Shown: positions 42,296 to 52,330 of the stretch, one piece after another | Numbering within the stretch: position 1 is the stretch's first letter | Layout: each line of letters begins with the position of its first letter | NCBI GenBank assembly: GCA_050952805.1 | Contig: JBMNLM010000001.1 | Coordinates: 465,967 to 529,966 of the forward strand | Direction of reading: 5' to 3' | Source: Bacilli bacterium | GTDB taxonomy: Bacteria > Bacillota_I > Bacilli_A > RFN20 > CAG-826 | DNA length: 64,000 nt | Position numbers and translations under genes: made by a program | The notes under the pieces: model-generated | What the model was told of the DNA's origin: nothing | Databases searched by the model: none | The model's input: the letters and a program-made list of their open reading frames with translations, nothing else

Positions 42296-42631
42296 TTATT
42301 CTCTAAATAAGTCAATTGCTTCGCCGTCAGCGACAGTAACAATTGCTTTCTTAACCGCGGGTACGCGACCTTCGTAGCGACCACCGCGTTTTTTTGATTT
42401 TGAATTAACGATTGTCGTTTGGACACCAATGACACTTACGCCAAAGACGGCTTCAAACGCATCTTTAATTGCAGTTTTGTTAGCATCTTTTCTAACTTCA
42501 ACAGTTACTTGGTTCTTTTCTTGCATGAGCGCCATCGTCTTTTCTGTAATAACAGGACGAATAATTAGATCAAGTTGATCAATTGTTGGCTTCTTTTCGG
42601 TAACTCTTGCGTCTTTTTTCTTTTTTGCCAT
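42296..42631 (-). CDS. rplW: 50S ribosomal protein L23 (short N-terminal extension)
   Basis: 111 aa. Confidence 0.9.
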   Translation of the reverse strand: MAKKKKDARVTEKKPTIDQLDLIIRPVITEKTMALMQEKNQVTVEVRKDANKTAIKDAFEAVFGVSVIGVQTTIVNSKSKKRGGRYEGRVPAVKKAIVTVADGEAIDLFRE

Positions 42632-43278
42632 TATTTTAGTCCTCCTTCAAATGCTTTGAGGGTTGCCTTTTCAATGACAAGGAAGTCACTATTTAATAAG
42701 TCATAAACAGCGACGTTATTCATGTGTGTTACTAGAACATTACTTAAGTTGCTACTTGCAAGAACTAAGTTTGCATTATCTTCAATGACGACAAGAATTT
42801 TGCCTTCTGCTCCGAGTCTCTTGTAGAGATCTACAGCAGCTTTTGTTTTTGCTTCAATTTCAATTTCGTCTTGTAAGACAATTAACTTACTGTTCTTAAC
42901 TAGAAGTGAAAGTGCACTTCTAAGCGCTAAGTCGTGTTCTTTTTTGTTCATTTTAAGGCTGTAATTTTCATTACCTGTTGGTCCAAATACTGTTCCGCCT
43001 CCGCGCCAGATAGGGCTTCGGTTACTTCCGTGACGAGCACGGCCTGTTCCTTTTTGTCGCCATGGTTTTTTGCCACCACCGCGTACTTCTGCGCGTGTTT
43101 TTGTTTTTGCTGTTGCTTGACGCGTGTTAGCGCGATAAACATTAACAGCGCGTTTCATTGCTTCTTCATGTGGTTCAATCCCAAAGACTGATCCATCAAG
43201 TCGCATTGTTGAAACTTTTTCACCTTCGTTATTAACGACAGGATAAGTAATGTTTTTAATTTTTGGTTTTTCAGTCAT
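42631..43278 (-). CDS. rplD: 50S ribosomal protein L4
   Basis: 215 aa. Confidence 0.95.
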   Translation of the reverse strand: MTEKPKIKNITYPVVNNEGEKVSTMRLDGSVFGIEPHEEAMKRAVNVYRANTRQATAKTKTRAEVRGGGKKPWRQKGTGRARHGSNRSPIWRGGGTVFGPTGNENYSLKMNKKEHDLALRSALSLLVKNSKLIVLQDEIEIEAKTKAAVDLYKRLGAEGKILVVIEDNANLVLASSNLSNVLVTHMNNVAVYDLLNSDFLVIEKATLKAFEGGLK

Positions 43279-43298
43279 TTTTCTTCTCCTCTCGTTAA

Positions 43299-43976
43299 TT
43301 ACTTGCTAGCAGTTGCTAGTGGTTTAACTTTTCTTTCTTTAAGTTGTACTTTAACAGCACTGCGGATTGTAACGATACTTTTGTTTGGTCCTGGGACTGA
43401 GCCTTTAACTAAAATGGCATTTTTGTCTTTTAAGACCTTAACTATTTGTAAGTTTAGAATCGTTTGATATTTGTGACCGTGATGGCCTGCCATCTTTTTG
43501 CCTGGTTGCATACGTGGGATAACCCCGTTATTAGCCATAGATCCAGGTCCGCGGTGATAGCCACTTCCGTGAGCAGCTGGTCCGATAGAATAATTCCATC
43601 TTTTAACTGCGCCCGTAAAGCCTTTACCTTTTGTAAGACCGCGAACATCAATGACGTCGCCATCTTCGAAGATATCGACGGTGATTTCTTGACCGAGCTT
43701 ATAGTCATTAACGTTATCAACTTTAAGTTCGCGGAGTGCTTTCTTAGGAGCAACGCCGGCTTTTTCATAATGACCTTTAAGTGGTTTTGTTAAGTTATGC
43801 GGACTAACTTTTTTATCTTCATAACCAACTTGAATTGCATCATAGCCGTCTTTTTCTTTTGTTTTAATTTGGGTGACCACATTAGGCAATACTTCGATGA
43901 CGGTTACTGGATATTTAGTACCATCTTCGGCAAAGACCTGGGTCATCCCCATTTTGCGTCCAATAATTGCTTTCAT
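43299..43976 (-). CDS. rplC: 50S ribosomal protein L3
   Basis: 225 aa. Confidence 0.95.
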   Translation of the reverse strand: MKAIIGRKMGMTQVFAEDGTKYPVTVIEVLPNVVTQIKTKEKDGYDAIQVGYEDKKVSPHNLTKPLKGHYEKAGVAPKKALRELKVDNVNDYKLGQEITVDIFEDGDVIDVRGLTKGKGFTGAVKRWNYSIGPAAHGSGYHRGPGSMANNGVIPRMQPGKKMAGHHGHKYQTILNLQIVKVLKDKNAILVKGSVPGPNKSIVTIRSAVKVQLKERKVKPLATASK

Positions 43977-43985
43977 ATGACCCTC

Positions 43986-44294
43986 CTATAATTTGATATC
44001 GATATCAACACCTGCTGGTAATTCAAACTTCCGTAAGACTTCTATCGTTCTTTTTGTTGGATGTTCGATATCGATAAGACGTTTGTGTGTGCGAATTTCG
44101 AATTGTTCGCGAGCATCTTTGTATTTGTGAACAGCTCGTAAGACTGTGTACACTTGTTTTTCCGTGGGTAGCGGAATCGGTCCAATAACTTTTGCACCAC
44201 TATCAATTGTGCTTTTAACAATCTTGCTCACGGTTTCATCAAGAAGCGCATGATCGTAAGATTGTAAGCGTACCCGAATTTTTTTACTTGCCAT
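43986..44294 (-). CDS. rpsJ: 30S ribosomal protein S10
   Basis: 102 aa [27 protein letters not shown]. Confidence 0.96.
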   Translation of the reverse strand: MASKKIRVRLQSYDHALLDETVSKIVKSTIDSGAKVIGPIPLPTEKQVYTVLRAVHKYKDAREQFEIRTHKRLIDIEHPTKRTIEVLRKFELPAGVDIDIKL

Positions 44295-44420
44295 GAATTT
44301 TCCTCCTATTTTTCTACATTGGATGTCTTTTGCTCATTAAGAATTCCCTGACACACTTCATGACAACGCTTGTAGGTGTATCAGCAACCTCTTATTTCAT
44401 CACAAGCGACAACCTTTGAT

Positions 44421-44449
44421 ATACTACCAATACACCCATTTAAAGTCAA
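44421..44449 (-). promoter_or_regulatory. candidate S10-operon promoter (TTGACT-17-TAGTAT)
   Basis: rc of 44444-44449 is TTGACT and rc of 44421-44426 is TAGTAT. About 125 nt leader before rpsJ. Confidence 0.35.
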
Positions 44450-44534
44450 CAAAATTCTTCATTTAATTAATAAATATTAATAAAGGCGAAAAAAACGCTT
44501 TCATAGCACCAACTTATGCGGCTATTTTCGCCTA

Positions 44535-44568
44535 ACAAAAAAGGCCAAATTTAAGTTGGCCATTTTTC
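44535..44568. terminator. bidirectional terminator downstream of queH
   Basis: ggccaa / ttggcc stem (loop atttaag) flanked by A-run and T-run. Insulates the que operon from the S10 promoter. Confidence 0.6.
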
Positions 44569-44607
44569 TAAAATTATGAAGAATTTTGTCAAAAAATCGT
44601 GCAAAAA

Positions 44608-45237
44608 CTAGTCTTTTGGAACTCTAATGGAGTACTCGCAACCACAGTAATTTTGCTTGTATAGATGATGTTCTTCACTCATCTTTTTAATGACAAGATT
44701 TGCGTTATTTTTCTTAAAATCTGAATAAAGATACTTAACACTTGGGTAGTTTTTGCTAAGGTTTTTTGCAATTTCATTAATGATTTGACTGTTTTTGTGC
44801 GAAGAGATTGTTAGAGAAGTAGTAACGTAATCATAGCCGTTCTCACTAGCGTATTTTAGCGTTTCGTTGATCCTTTTTTCATAGCACAAAAAGCAACGTT
44901 TTCCGCCTTCTTTTTCTAGAGCAAATTGCCTTAATTCGCTCATAAATTCATTATGTTCGTAAGGCGGGAATATCATCTCTATATTCGTATTATTTTCTTC
45001 GTTATACTCAGAAACAAACCGGATTAACTCTTCTTTTCTTCGATTATATTCGCTTTCAGGAAAGATATTGCTATTTGCGTAATATATCGTTACTTCAAAG
45101 TAAGGCGTTAAAACGTTAAAAGTGTGCGTTGAACAAGGTGCACAGCAAACGTGAAGAAGTAATTTAGGCTTCTTAGGAAGTTTTTTTACTTCTTCAATTT
45201 CTTTTTTCATAATGAGGTCGTAATTTATCTTATCCAT
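44608..45237 (-). CDS. queH: epoxyqueuosine reductase QueH (DUF208)
   Basis: HVCCAPCS motif plus further Cys cluster. Start probably the ATG at 45235-45237, 3 nt after the queA stop. Confidence 0.8.
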   Translation of the reverse strand: MDKINYDLIMKKEIEEVKKLPKKPKLLLHVCCAPCSTHTFNVLTPYFEVTIYYANSNIFPESEYNRRKEELIRFVSEYNEENNTNIEMIFPPYEHNEFMSELRQFALEKEGGKRCFLCYEKRINETLKYASENGYDYVTTSLTISSHKNSQIINEIAKNLSKNYPSVKYLYSDFKKNNANLVIKKMSEEHHLYKQNYCGCEYSIRVPKD

Positions 45238-46255
45238 AAATAAACATTGCATCGCCAAATGAAAAGAAGCGATATCTCTCCTTAATTGCATGTTCATAAG
45301 CTTTTAGCATTAGTTCGCGACTTGAAAAAGCGCTGACGAGCATTAGTAAAGTAGATTTGGGTAAATGGAAATTTGTAATTAGAGCATCAACTGCTAAAAA
45401 TTTGTATCCAGGTGTAATAAATAAATTTGTTTTACTATGTTCTGCGACAAACTTATGATGTTTTTGATAGTTAGCTTCTAAAGTTCGAACGCTAGTTGTA
45501 CCAACGGCAATAATCCTGCGTCCTTCTTCTTTTGCCTTATTTAAAGAGTCGGCAGCTTCCTCACTAATTTCGTAATACTCACTATGCATTACGTGATCTT
45601 TTGTGTCACTAACACTGATTGGTCTAAACGTTCCTAAACCAACGTGAAGTGTTATATCGACAACTTTAACCCCAATTTTGTCGAGTTTTTCAAAAATTTG
45701 CGGGGTAAAGTGAAATCCTGCTGTTGGTGCCGCAGCACTTCCATTTACTTTTGCATACACTGTTTGATAGCGAGCATGCTTCTTTTGTTCATCTTTTATA
45801 TATGGGGGGAGCGGAACTAATCCTACTCGATCAAGGACTTCTAAAAAGACACCCTCGTAAACAAATTCTAAAATTCGAATACCTTCATCTTCAACTCTTA
45901 GGCAACGAGCTTTTAGCTCATCACTAAAAATAATTTCCGTGTCTTTTTTTACAACTTTAGCGTTCCCTACTAAGCATTCGTAAACATCGCCTTCTAAGTT
46001 TCGTAGTATTAATACTTCCACCTTAGCGTTTGTTTCTTTCTTCCTTCCAAATAAACGCGCAGGTATGACGCGCGTGTTGTTTCTAACAATTACATCTCCC
46101 TTTTTTAGGTAAGATACAATATCAAAAAAATGTTTATCTTCTAGTTCTCCGGTTCTTTTATTTACGACTAAAAGCCGCGAGTGATCGCGCTTATCACTTG
46201 GATACTGCGCGATTAATTCTTCTGGTAAATGATAATTAAAGAGCTCTACATCCAT
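45230..46255 (-). CDS. queA: S-adenosylmethionine:tRNA ribosyltransferase-isomerase
   Basis: 341 aa MDVELFNYHLPEELIAQYPSDKRDHSRLLVV. Confidence 0.9.
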   Translation of the reverse strand: MDVELFNYHLPEELIAQYPSDKRDHSRLLVVNKRTGELEDKHFFDIVSYLKKGDVIVRNNTRVIPARLFGRKKETNAKVEVLILRNLEGDVYECLVGNAKVVKKDTEIIFSDELKARCLRVEDEGIRILEFVYEGVFLEVLDRVGLVPLPPYIKDEQKKHARYQTVYAKVNGSAAAPTAGFHFTPQIFEKLDKIGVKVVDITLHVGLGTFRPISVSDTKDHVMHSEYYEISEEAADSLNKAKEEGRRIIAVGTTSVRTLEANYQKHHKFVAEHSKTNLFITPGYKFLAVDALITNFHLPKSTLLMLVSAFSSRELMLKAYEHAIKERYRFFSFGDAMFIYG

Positions 46256-47386
<1,131 letters not shown>

Positions 47387-47893
47387 TTACTCTTTTGCTT
47401 CATTAATTTTTGGTCTTTCTGCTTGTATTATTTCAAGAAAGCGAGGATTTTTCATCAAAACCAAGCATATCATAAGCCCAAATAATAATACTACAAATTC
47501 CCCAACAGCGACATATAAGACGTTCATCCAAAAGGGGAGTTTTTCTATAAAATAAAGTTCGGCACCGACAATAAAGGCATTAAATACAAGAGGGGGAATA
47601 ATCGCTAAATATATTTTCGGTAAAATAATTATAAAAATGCACGACAACAAAGTTGCTAGGGTCCCAAAAATAACATCAATATAACCAAGGGGTGAAAATA
47701 TATTTGCGATTGCACATCCAATAGTAATGCCAATTGTGAAATCTTTTCGAAAATAAACGAATAAAATAAGGATTTCTGCAATACGAAATTGAATAGCAGA
47801 ATAGCTAAGATTTCCAAATGCAATCGTTAGGGCTATATAAACTGCGGCGATAATTGCGTTATCAGTAATGCGCCGCAATGTTTTGTTATTCAT
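47387..47893 (-). CDS. queT: queuosine-precursor transporter QueT (ECF S-component-like)
   Basis: Start ATG 47891-47893 (MNNKTLRRITDNAIIAAVYIAL) with GGAGG RBS. Six hydrophobic segments. Confidence 0.7.
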   Translation of the reverse strand: MNNKTLRRITDNAIIAAVYIALTIAFGNLSYSAIQFRIAEILILFVYFRKDFTIGITIGCAIANIFSPLGYIDVIFGTLATLLSCIFIIILPKIYLAIIPPLVFNAFIVGAELYFIEKLPFWMNVLYVAVGEFVVLLFGLMICLVLMKNPRFLEIIQAERPKINEAKE

Positions 47894-47896
47894 AAA

Positions 47897-47932
47897 CCTC
47901 CTTGTTTTTTCTTGATGGTTAGGCAAGGAACA
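47897..47932 (-). ncRNA. candidate preQ1-I riboswitch (translational, SD-sequestering) in queT leader
   Basis: RNA reads UUCCUUGCCUAACCAUCAAGAAAAAACAAGGAGG: 5-6 bp P1 (CCUUG/CAAGG-like), loop with UAACC, A-rich tail ending in the SD. Closely resembles the Thermoanaerobacter preQ1-I aptamer CUGGGUCGCAGUAACCCCAGUUAACAAAACAAGG. Confidence 0.45.
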
Positions 47933-47960
47933 TCAATTTTTATTATTTTATCAAATAATA

Positions 47961-49616
47961 TTAAAAAGTAATTAGTGAATTAGCACCAGTAGTTTCGCTA
48001 TTATCATGAATTATTGATAAATCGTAAACATAGTCGCCAATTATTAGGCCTTCGTAGTCCGTAGTTAAAACTTCTTCTCCCATCATTATGTTATTTAGCG
48101 TTATATCTTTTAGAAAGTGTTCAACTTCGTTATCGTAACCAGATCGCTTATCTTTACACCCTTGCATGAATATCTTAAATTTCTTGTTCTTTGATAAAAG
48201 TAAGACGTTATTAACTTCTATTCCTTCTATAAAACCAAGGGGCGTAACAGCGTGTTGACTTGACCAAGTTTGCGAATAAAGGTTTTGAAAATCGATAAGA
48301 TAATCGTTACCGTCGCCTAGTCCCATCTTGGGATTTTCTATTGTTATGTTAGAAAATTTGACACGCTTTATGTAGGCGTTATTGCCATTATGTATGGAAA
48401 TTGCAGCCTTATGGAAATTAGCAAGAATCGTAATATCTTCAAAAAGTATGTCTTCAAATACTTCTCCAACCGTTTCATAACCTAACTCCATTGATTGTGC
48501 TAAGTCAGTCCAAACTTGGCATTTAGTAAATGTAATATTCTTTGTTATTCCTTGCTCAGCCTTGTTTTGCCAATTTGGATAATTCTTAACAACGAGGGAA
48601 TCATCCCAAGTTCTTACGAAAGAATTTTTACAAATAACATCTTGCGAAGATTGTAGTGATACTCCATCACCATTACTTCTTGATGAAATGATTTTAATGT
48701 TATCTAAAAGCACATTTTTACAAAAGTAAATGTTATAGCACCATCCCGCAGGATCTAGCGTTGTAATTCCTTTAAAGCTAATGTTTGTACAAAAGTTAAA
48801 TTCGTAAGGAATAAGTTTCTCGTTTGTTGTAGCGTTCCTAGCAAATGGCGCACCGCTAACAATTCCATCACCAATAACATGAATATTTGTTTTATTTACA
48901 GCAATAAAGCCAGCTTCTACAATTGCATCCTTCTTAATAATTACGGTCGTATTACTTTCTAAATGAATAAAATTATTGTTATCAATAAGAGGCGAGTTAT
49001 TGCGATTATAAATGCCTTTCTCAAAAACAATTGTGTTATTCGTAGTCGGAACTTGCTCATTATACATATGTGGTGGGTTTACAAAAAGATGAAAGACCAT
49101 GCTATTAATTAGCGTAATTGTATATTGACCAGGTTGCGCTATTTTAAATGTTACGACTCTTCGCGGAATATCAATCTCAAAATCAACATTAGCGTCTAAT
49201 GGCGATATTTTAAGAGATTCCAAAAAGTGAAAATTAGTTTGTAGTTTAAATGTTGCTTCTCCATCTAAGGAAATTGTTGAAACACCGGCCTTAACAAAAG
49301 TTGTTGGGTTTGGTGTCCAAATATGCATAGGATTAACATTACAACTATAAACTGGAATTAGTTTATCCCCATGATATAGGCGGTAATTAGGCGAGTAATT
49401 ATCATAATTATCTATAAAATCAGGATATTCTAAAATAATATCTTCATTATTTTCCTCAAAATAGTCTTCTTCTAAAATATAAAAGCCTTCATCGTCTTTT
49501 TCATATATTTTTTCTTCGCTATCTGAAGGCTTATCATCAAGAGGTTTATTACAACCAAAAAGAATTAATGAATTAACTAATAAAAATAATATTTTTCTCT
49601 GTTTAGAAGCTAACAT
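47961..49616 (-). CDS. surface lipoprotein with right-handed beta-helix (pectin-lyase-fold) glycoside-hydrolase-like domain
   Basis: 551 aa, lipobox LFGC. NGDGVSLQSSQDVICKNSFVRTWDDSLVVKN ... TDLAQSMELGYE ... FHKAAISIHN blocks shared with the 877-aa protein at 60359. Confidence 0.6.
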   Translation of the reverse strand: MLASKQRKILFLLVNSLILFGCNKPLDDKPSDSEEKIYEKDDEGFYILEEDYFEENNEDIILEYPDFIDNYDNYSPNYRLYHGDKLIPVYSCNVNPMHIWTPNPTTFVKAGVSTISLDGEATFKLQTNFHFLESLKISPLDANVDFEIDIPRRVVTFKIAQPGQYTITLINSMVFHLFVNPPHMYNEQVPTTNNTIVFEKGIYNRNNSPLIDNNNFIHLESNTTVIIKKDAIVEAGFIAVNKTNIHVIGDGIVSGAPFARNATTNEKLIPYEFNFCTNISFKGITTLDPAGWCYNIYFCKNVLLDNIKIISSRSNGDGVSLQSSQDVICKNSFVRTWDDSLVVKNYPNWQNKAEQGITKNITFTKCQVWTDLAQSMELGYETVGEVFEDILFEDITILANFHKAAISIHNGNNAYIKRVKFSNITIENPKMGLGDGNDYLIDFQNLYSQTWSSQHAVTPLGFIEGIEVNNVLLLSKNKKFKIFMQGCKDKRSGYDNEVEHFLKDITLNNIMMGEEVLTTDYEGLIIGDYVYDLSIIHDNSETTGANSLITF

Positions 49617-50267
49617 CTATAAACTTTCACCTATACCTAAAATCGTTAATAAATCCTTTATACTCTTTAATTTATAATAACAACCGCTATATTTATCAGC
49701 GCCATTTATTCCACAAGATTTTATGCCTGCGGCATTAGCAGCATCAATACCAGCTACTGCGTCTTCGACTACGAGTACTTCTGTTTCTTTTAAACCTAAT
49801 TTATCTTTTGCAAGTAAGAAAACTTCTGGGTCTGGTTTTGATTTAGTAATCATTGTTCCATCAACAATTACATCAAATAAGTCTGCAATTTCAAGGTATT
49901 CGACTATTCTTGGTGCGTTTTTGCTTGATGAAGCGATTGCTAGTTTATAGCCCTCTGACTTTAAAATAAGTAAAGTATCATAAACATCTGGAAGTAAATT
50001 ATCAGGTGTAAGTTCCTTAATTAAATCTACGTAATAATTATTCTTCCTTGTTGCTAATTCCTCTTTTTCTTCTTGAGAATAAACTCTATCGCTTTTTTCT
50101 AAAATTATTTCAAGAGAGTCCATGCGTGATACACCTCGAAGACGATCATTAATTTTACGAGTAAATTCTATCCCTTCTTCGTCACTAATTTTCTTCCAGG
50201 CTAAATAATGAAATTCATCGGTTGAAACAATAACACCATCTAAATCAAAAATAATACCTTTAATCAT
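49617..50267 (-). CDS. pgmB: beta-phosphoglucomutase (HAD superfamily)
   Basis: 216 aa, MIKGIIFDLDGVIV (DxDG nucleophile motif), K and DD motifs. Confidence 0.85.
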   Translation of the reverse strand: MIKGIIFDLDGVIVSTDEFHYLAWKKISDEEGIEFTRKINDRLRGVSRMDSLEIILEKSDRVYSQEEKEELATRKNNYYVDLIKELTPDNLLPDVYDTLLILKSEGYKLAIASSSKNAPRIVEYLEIADLFDVIVDGTMITKSKPDPEVFLLAKDKLGLKETEVLVVEDAVAGIDAANAAGIKSCGINGADKYSGCYYKLKSIKDLLTILGIGESL

Positions 50268-52330
50268 AATTTCTCCACTCTATGTCCGTTTTTATCTATT
50301 TTTATTTGATACTTTTGTCCGCGATATGAGATTTTAAAAGACACTTCTTGCCATCGTTTGGGAAGTCTAGGATTAACAACGGGCTTATTATCTTTAAACT
50401 CAAGACCACAGAATCCATAAACCGTACTTAAATATGCGCCAGCATTACTTGCGGGGTGCGTTCCACCAATATAGATTCCGCCAGCATACATTTTTTGGTC
50501 TGTTCCTAAATCGATTCCAGAACATTTTAGAAACATTTCATAGGCAAAATCTTTTTCACCGATTTCACTAGCGCACATCGAATAAAATGGTGCAGAAAGA
50601 CTGCTCCCGTGTTCGGTGTAAGGAAGATAAAAGTCAAAGTTGGCTCGTTTTATCTCCTTTTTGAAATGTTCTCTATGTAAAACTAGCATTGCAATAACGT
50701 CAGCTTGTTTAATTACGCGCGTTTTATTTGCTACGCCTCTTTCTCCTCCCCAATATTCATGAGGATGACGGAGACGCTTTTTAAGTTCTTCAGGTAATAC
50801 ATCTTCAAGGGCAAAATACCCTGCAAATTGTTCAATAACCCCATCATTTCGCGGCTCAATTAAATAAATGTCATTTTTAAAATTTCTAAGTTCTTCATAA
50901 AAATAATCACCGTTAGATAAAAGATTTAGCGTTTCTCTACTTGCGTTAAAGATAGAATAATTCGTATAGGCGTTGTCATTTATACGTTCGTGATATTCAT
51001 CCGGACCAATAACATCAAAGAAGTGGATTTTTCCATCTTCTAGACGTTTGCCATATGACATATAAAACTTTATACATTCAATTAGTGTTTCTTTTGTCTT
51101 TTCATTTAGCATTTCCATATCATTTGTTAATGCTAAATATTTTGTAATCGCTGACACTATTGCAGCAGTGCTATGAATTTGTTTTTCGTTAAAGTAAGTT
51201 CGAATCGGTTCACCTGTTATCGCATCTGTAACGTTGTATTTTGAACAGACTTCTTTTCCTTCTTGAGATTCCCAGGGATAAAAAGCACCTTCGTATCCAT
51301 TATTTCTAGCGTTTTCTTTTGCACCTTCAAGTGTATTAATGCGGTATAACAAGCAGTTTTTTGCGATTACTGGATTTGTTAAAAGGAAATAAGGAACAAG
51401 GAAAATTTCCGTATCCCAGAATATTGCTCCTTTATAAGTTTGACCGCTTACCCCGCGAGCAGGAATACTTAGTTCATAGTTAGGATTAGCTAAAATTTGC
51501 AGATGATAAAGCGAATAATCAAGTTGATCTTGAGCAAGGCGGTCACCTTTAATCGTCACGCGAGCATTTAAAAAATCAGTTCTAAATAACCTCGAATGTT
51601 CGCGGCGTTTTTGTAAATATTCATTTTTACTAAACCTTACTTTCTTGTAGTTGTGCTCGTGCTCAAAAATGAGTGTTTTAACATAAATTACACGTTTTTC
51701 ATTTTCGCTTAAGCGTGTTTTTAAAAGAAAGTAGTTCTCTTTTTGTTCAACTTCAAATCCTTCAAATAAATAAACGGCGGACTCACTAATAATTTTATTT
51801 TCATTTGTTAAACCGTAAAAATTAATTTGATTATCATTTATTACAAAACGAGTTTCTTTGAAATGTGGACCATTGATTTCCCAGATATTTTTATCAATTC
51901 CCACTGATAACTCGACATTTTGCGCTTCTTTTGCACAAATTTCATATTTTAAATACAAAGCATTTTCATCGCGATAATGAATAAAACGTTCGCTTTTTAT
52001 TTCTAGAGTCTTAAATTTCGTTTCACGTTTAAAAATTGCTCTTTCGATATCTAACGTAATTTTATGAAAAAATGGTTCAGTATCTAAAACACTACATTTT
52101 TCAAATTCGTTTTTAACACGAATAAAAAAGGGTATTGGCATATTTACAGGTTCGCGCCACTTATCTTCATAGCGATCAAAGAATCCATTTACTACTAATC
52201 CAGCATTTTCTTCTTTGCTATATTCTTCTAATGTCCCGCGATACCCAATATGACCGTTTCCAAGGAGAAACATATTTCCGTAGGAAACAATATTTTCTTT
52301 AGAAAAGTCATACTTAGTTAACTTTTTCAT
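50264..52330 (-). CDS. glycoside hydrolase family 65 disaccharide phosphorylase (688 aa)
   Basis: GH65 signature ARGVSGQTYKGAIFWDTEIFLVPYF, (alpha/alpha)6 barrel length. Stop overlaps pgmB start. Confidence 0.85.
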   Translation of the reverse strand: MKKLTKYDFSKENIVSYGNMFLLGNGHIGYRGTLEEYSKEENAGLVVNGFFDRYEDKWREPVNMPIPFFIRVKNEFEKCSVLDTEPFFHKITLDIERAIFKRETKFKTLEIKSERFIHYRDENALYLKYEICAKEAQNVELSVGIDKNIWEINGPHFKETRFVINDNQINFYGLTNENKIISESAVYLFEGFEVEQKENYFLLKTRLSENEKRVIYVKTLIFEHEHNYKKVRFSKNEYLQKRREHSRLFRTDFLNARVTIKGDRLAQDQLDYSLYHLQILANPNYELSIPARGVSGQTYKGAIFWDTEIFLVPYFLLTNPVIAKNCLLYRINTLEGAKENARNNGYEGAFYPWESQEGKEVCSKYNVTDAITGEPIRTYFNEKQIHSTAAIVSAITKYLALTNDMEMLNEKTKETLIECIKFYMSYGKRLEDGKIHFFDVIGPDEYHERINDNAYTNYSIFNASRETLNLLSNGDYFYEELRNFKNDIYLIEPRNDGVIEQFAGYFALEDVLPEELKKRLRHPHEYWGGERGVANKTRVIKQADVIAMLVLHREHFKKEIKRANFDFYLPYTEHGSSLSAPFYSMCASEIGEKDFAYEMFLKCSGIDLGTDQKMYAGGIYIGGTHPASNAGAYLSTVYGFCGLEFKDNKPVVNPRLPKRWQEVSFKISYRGQKYQIKIDKNGHRVEKL

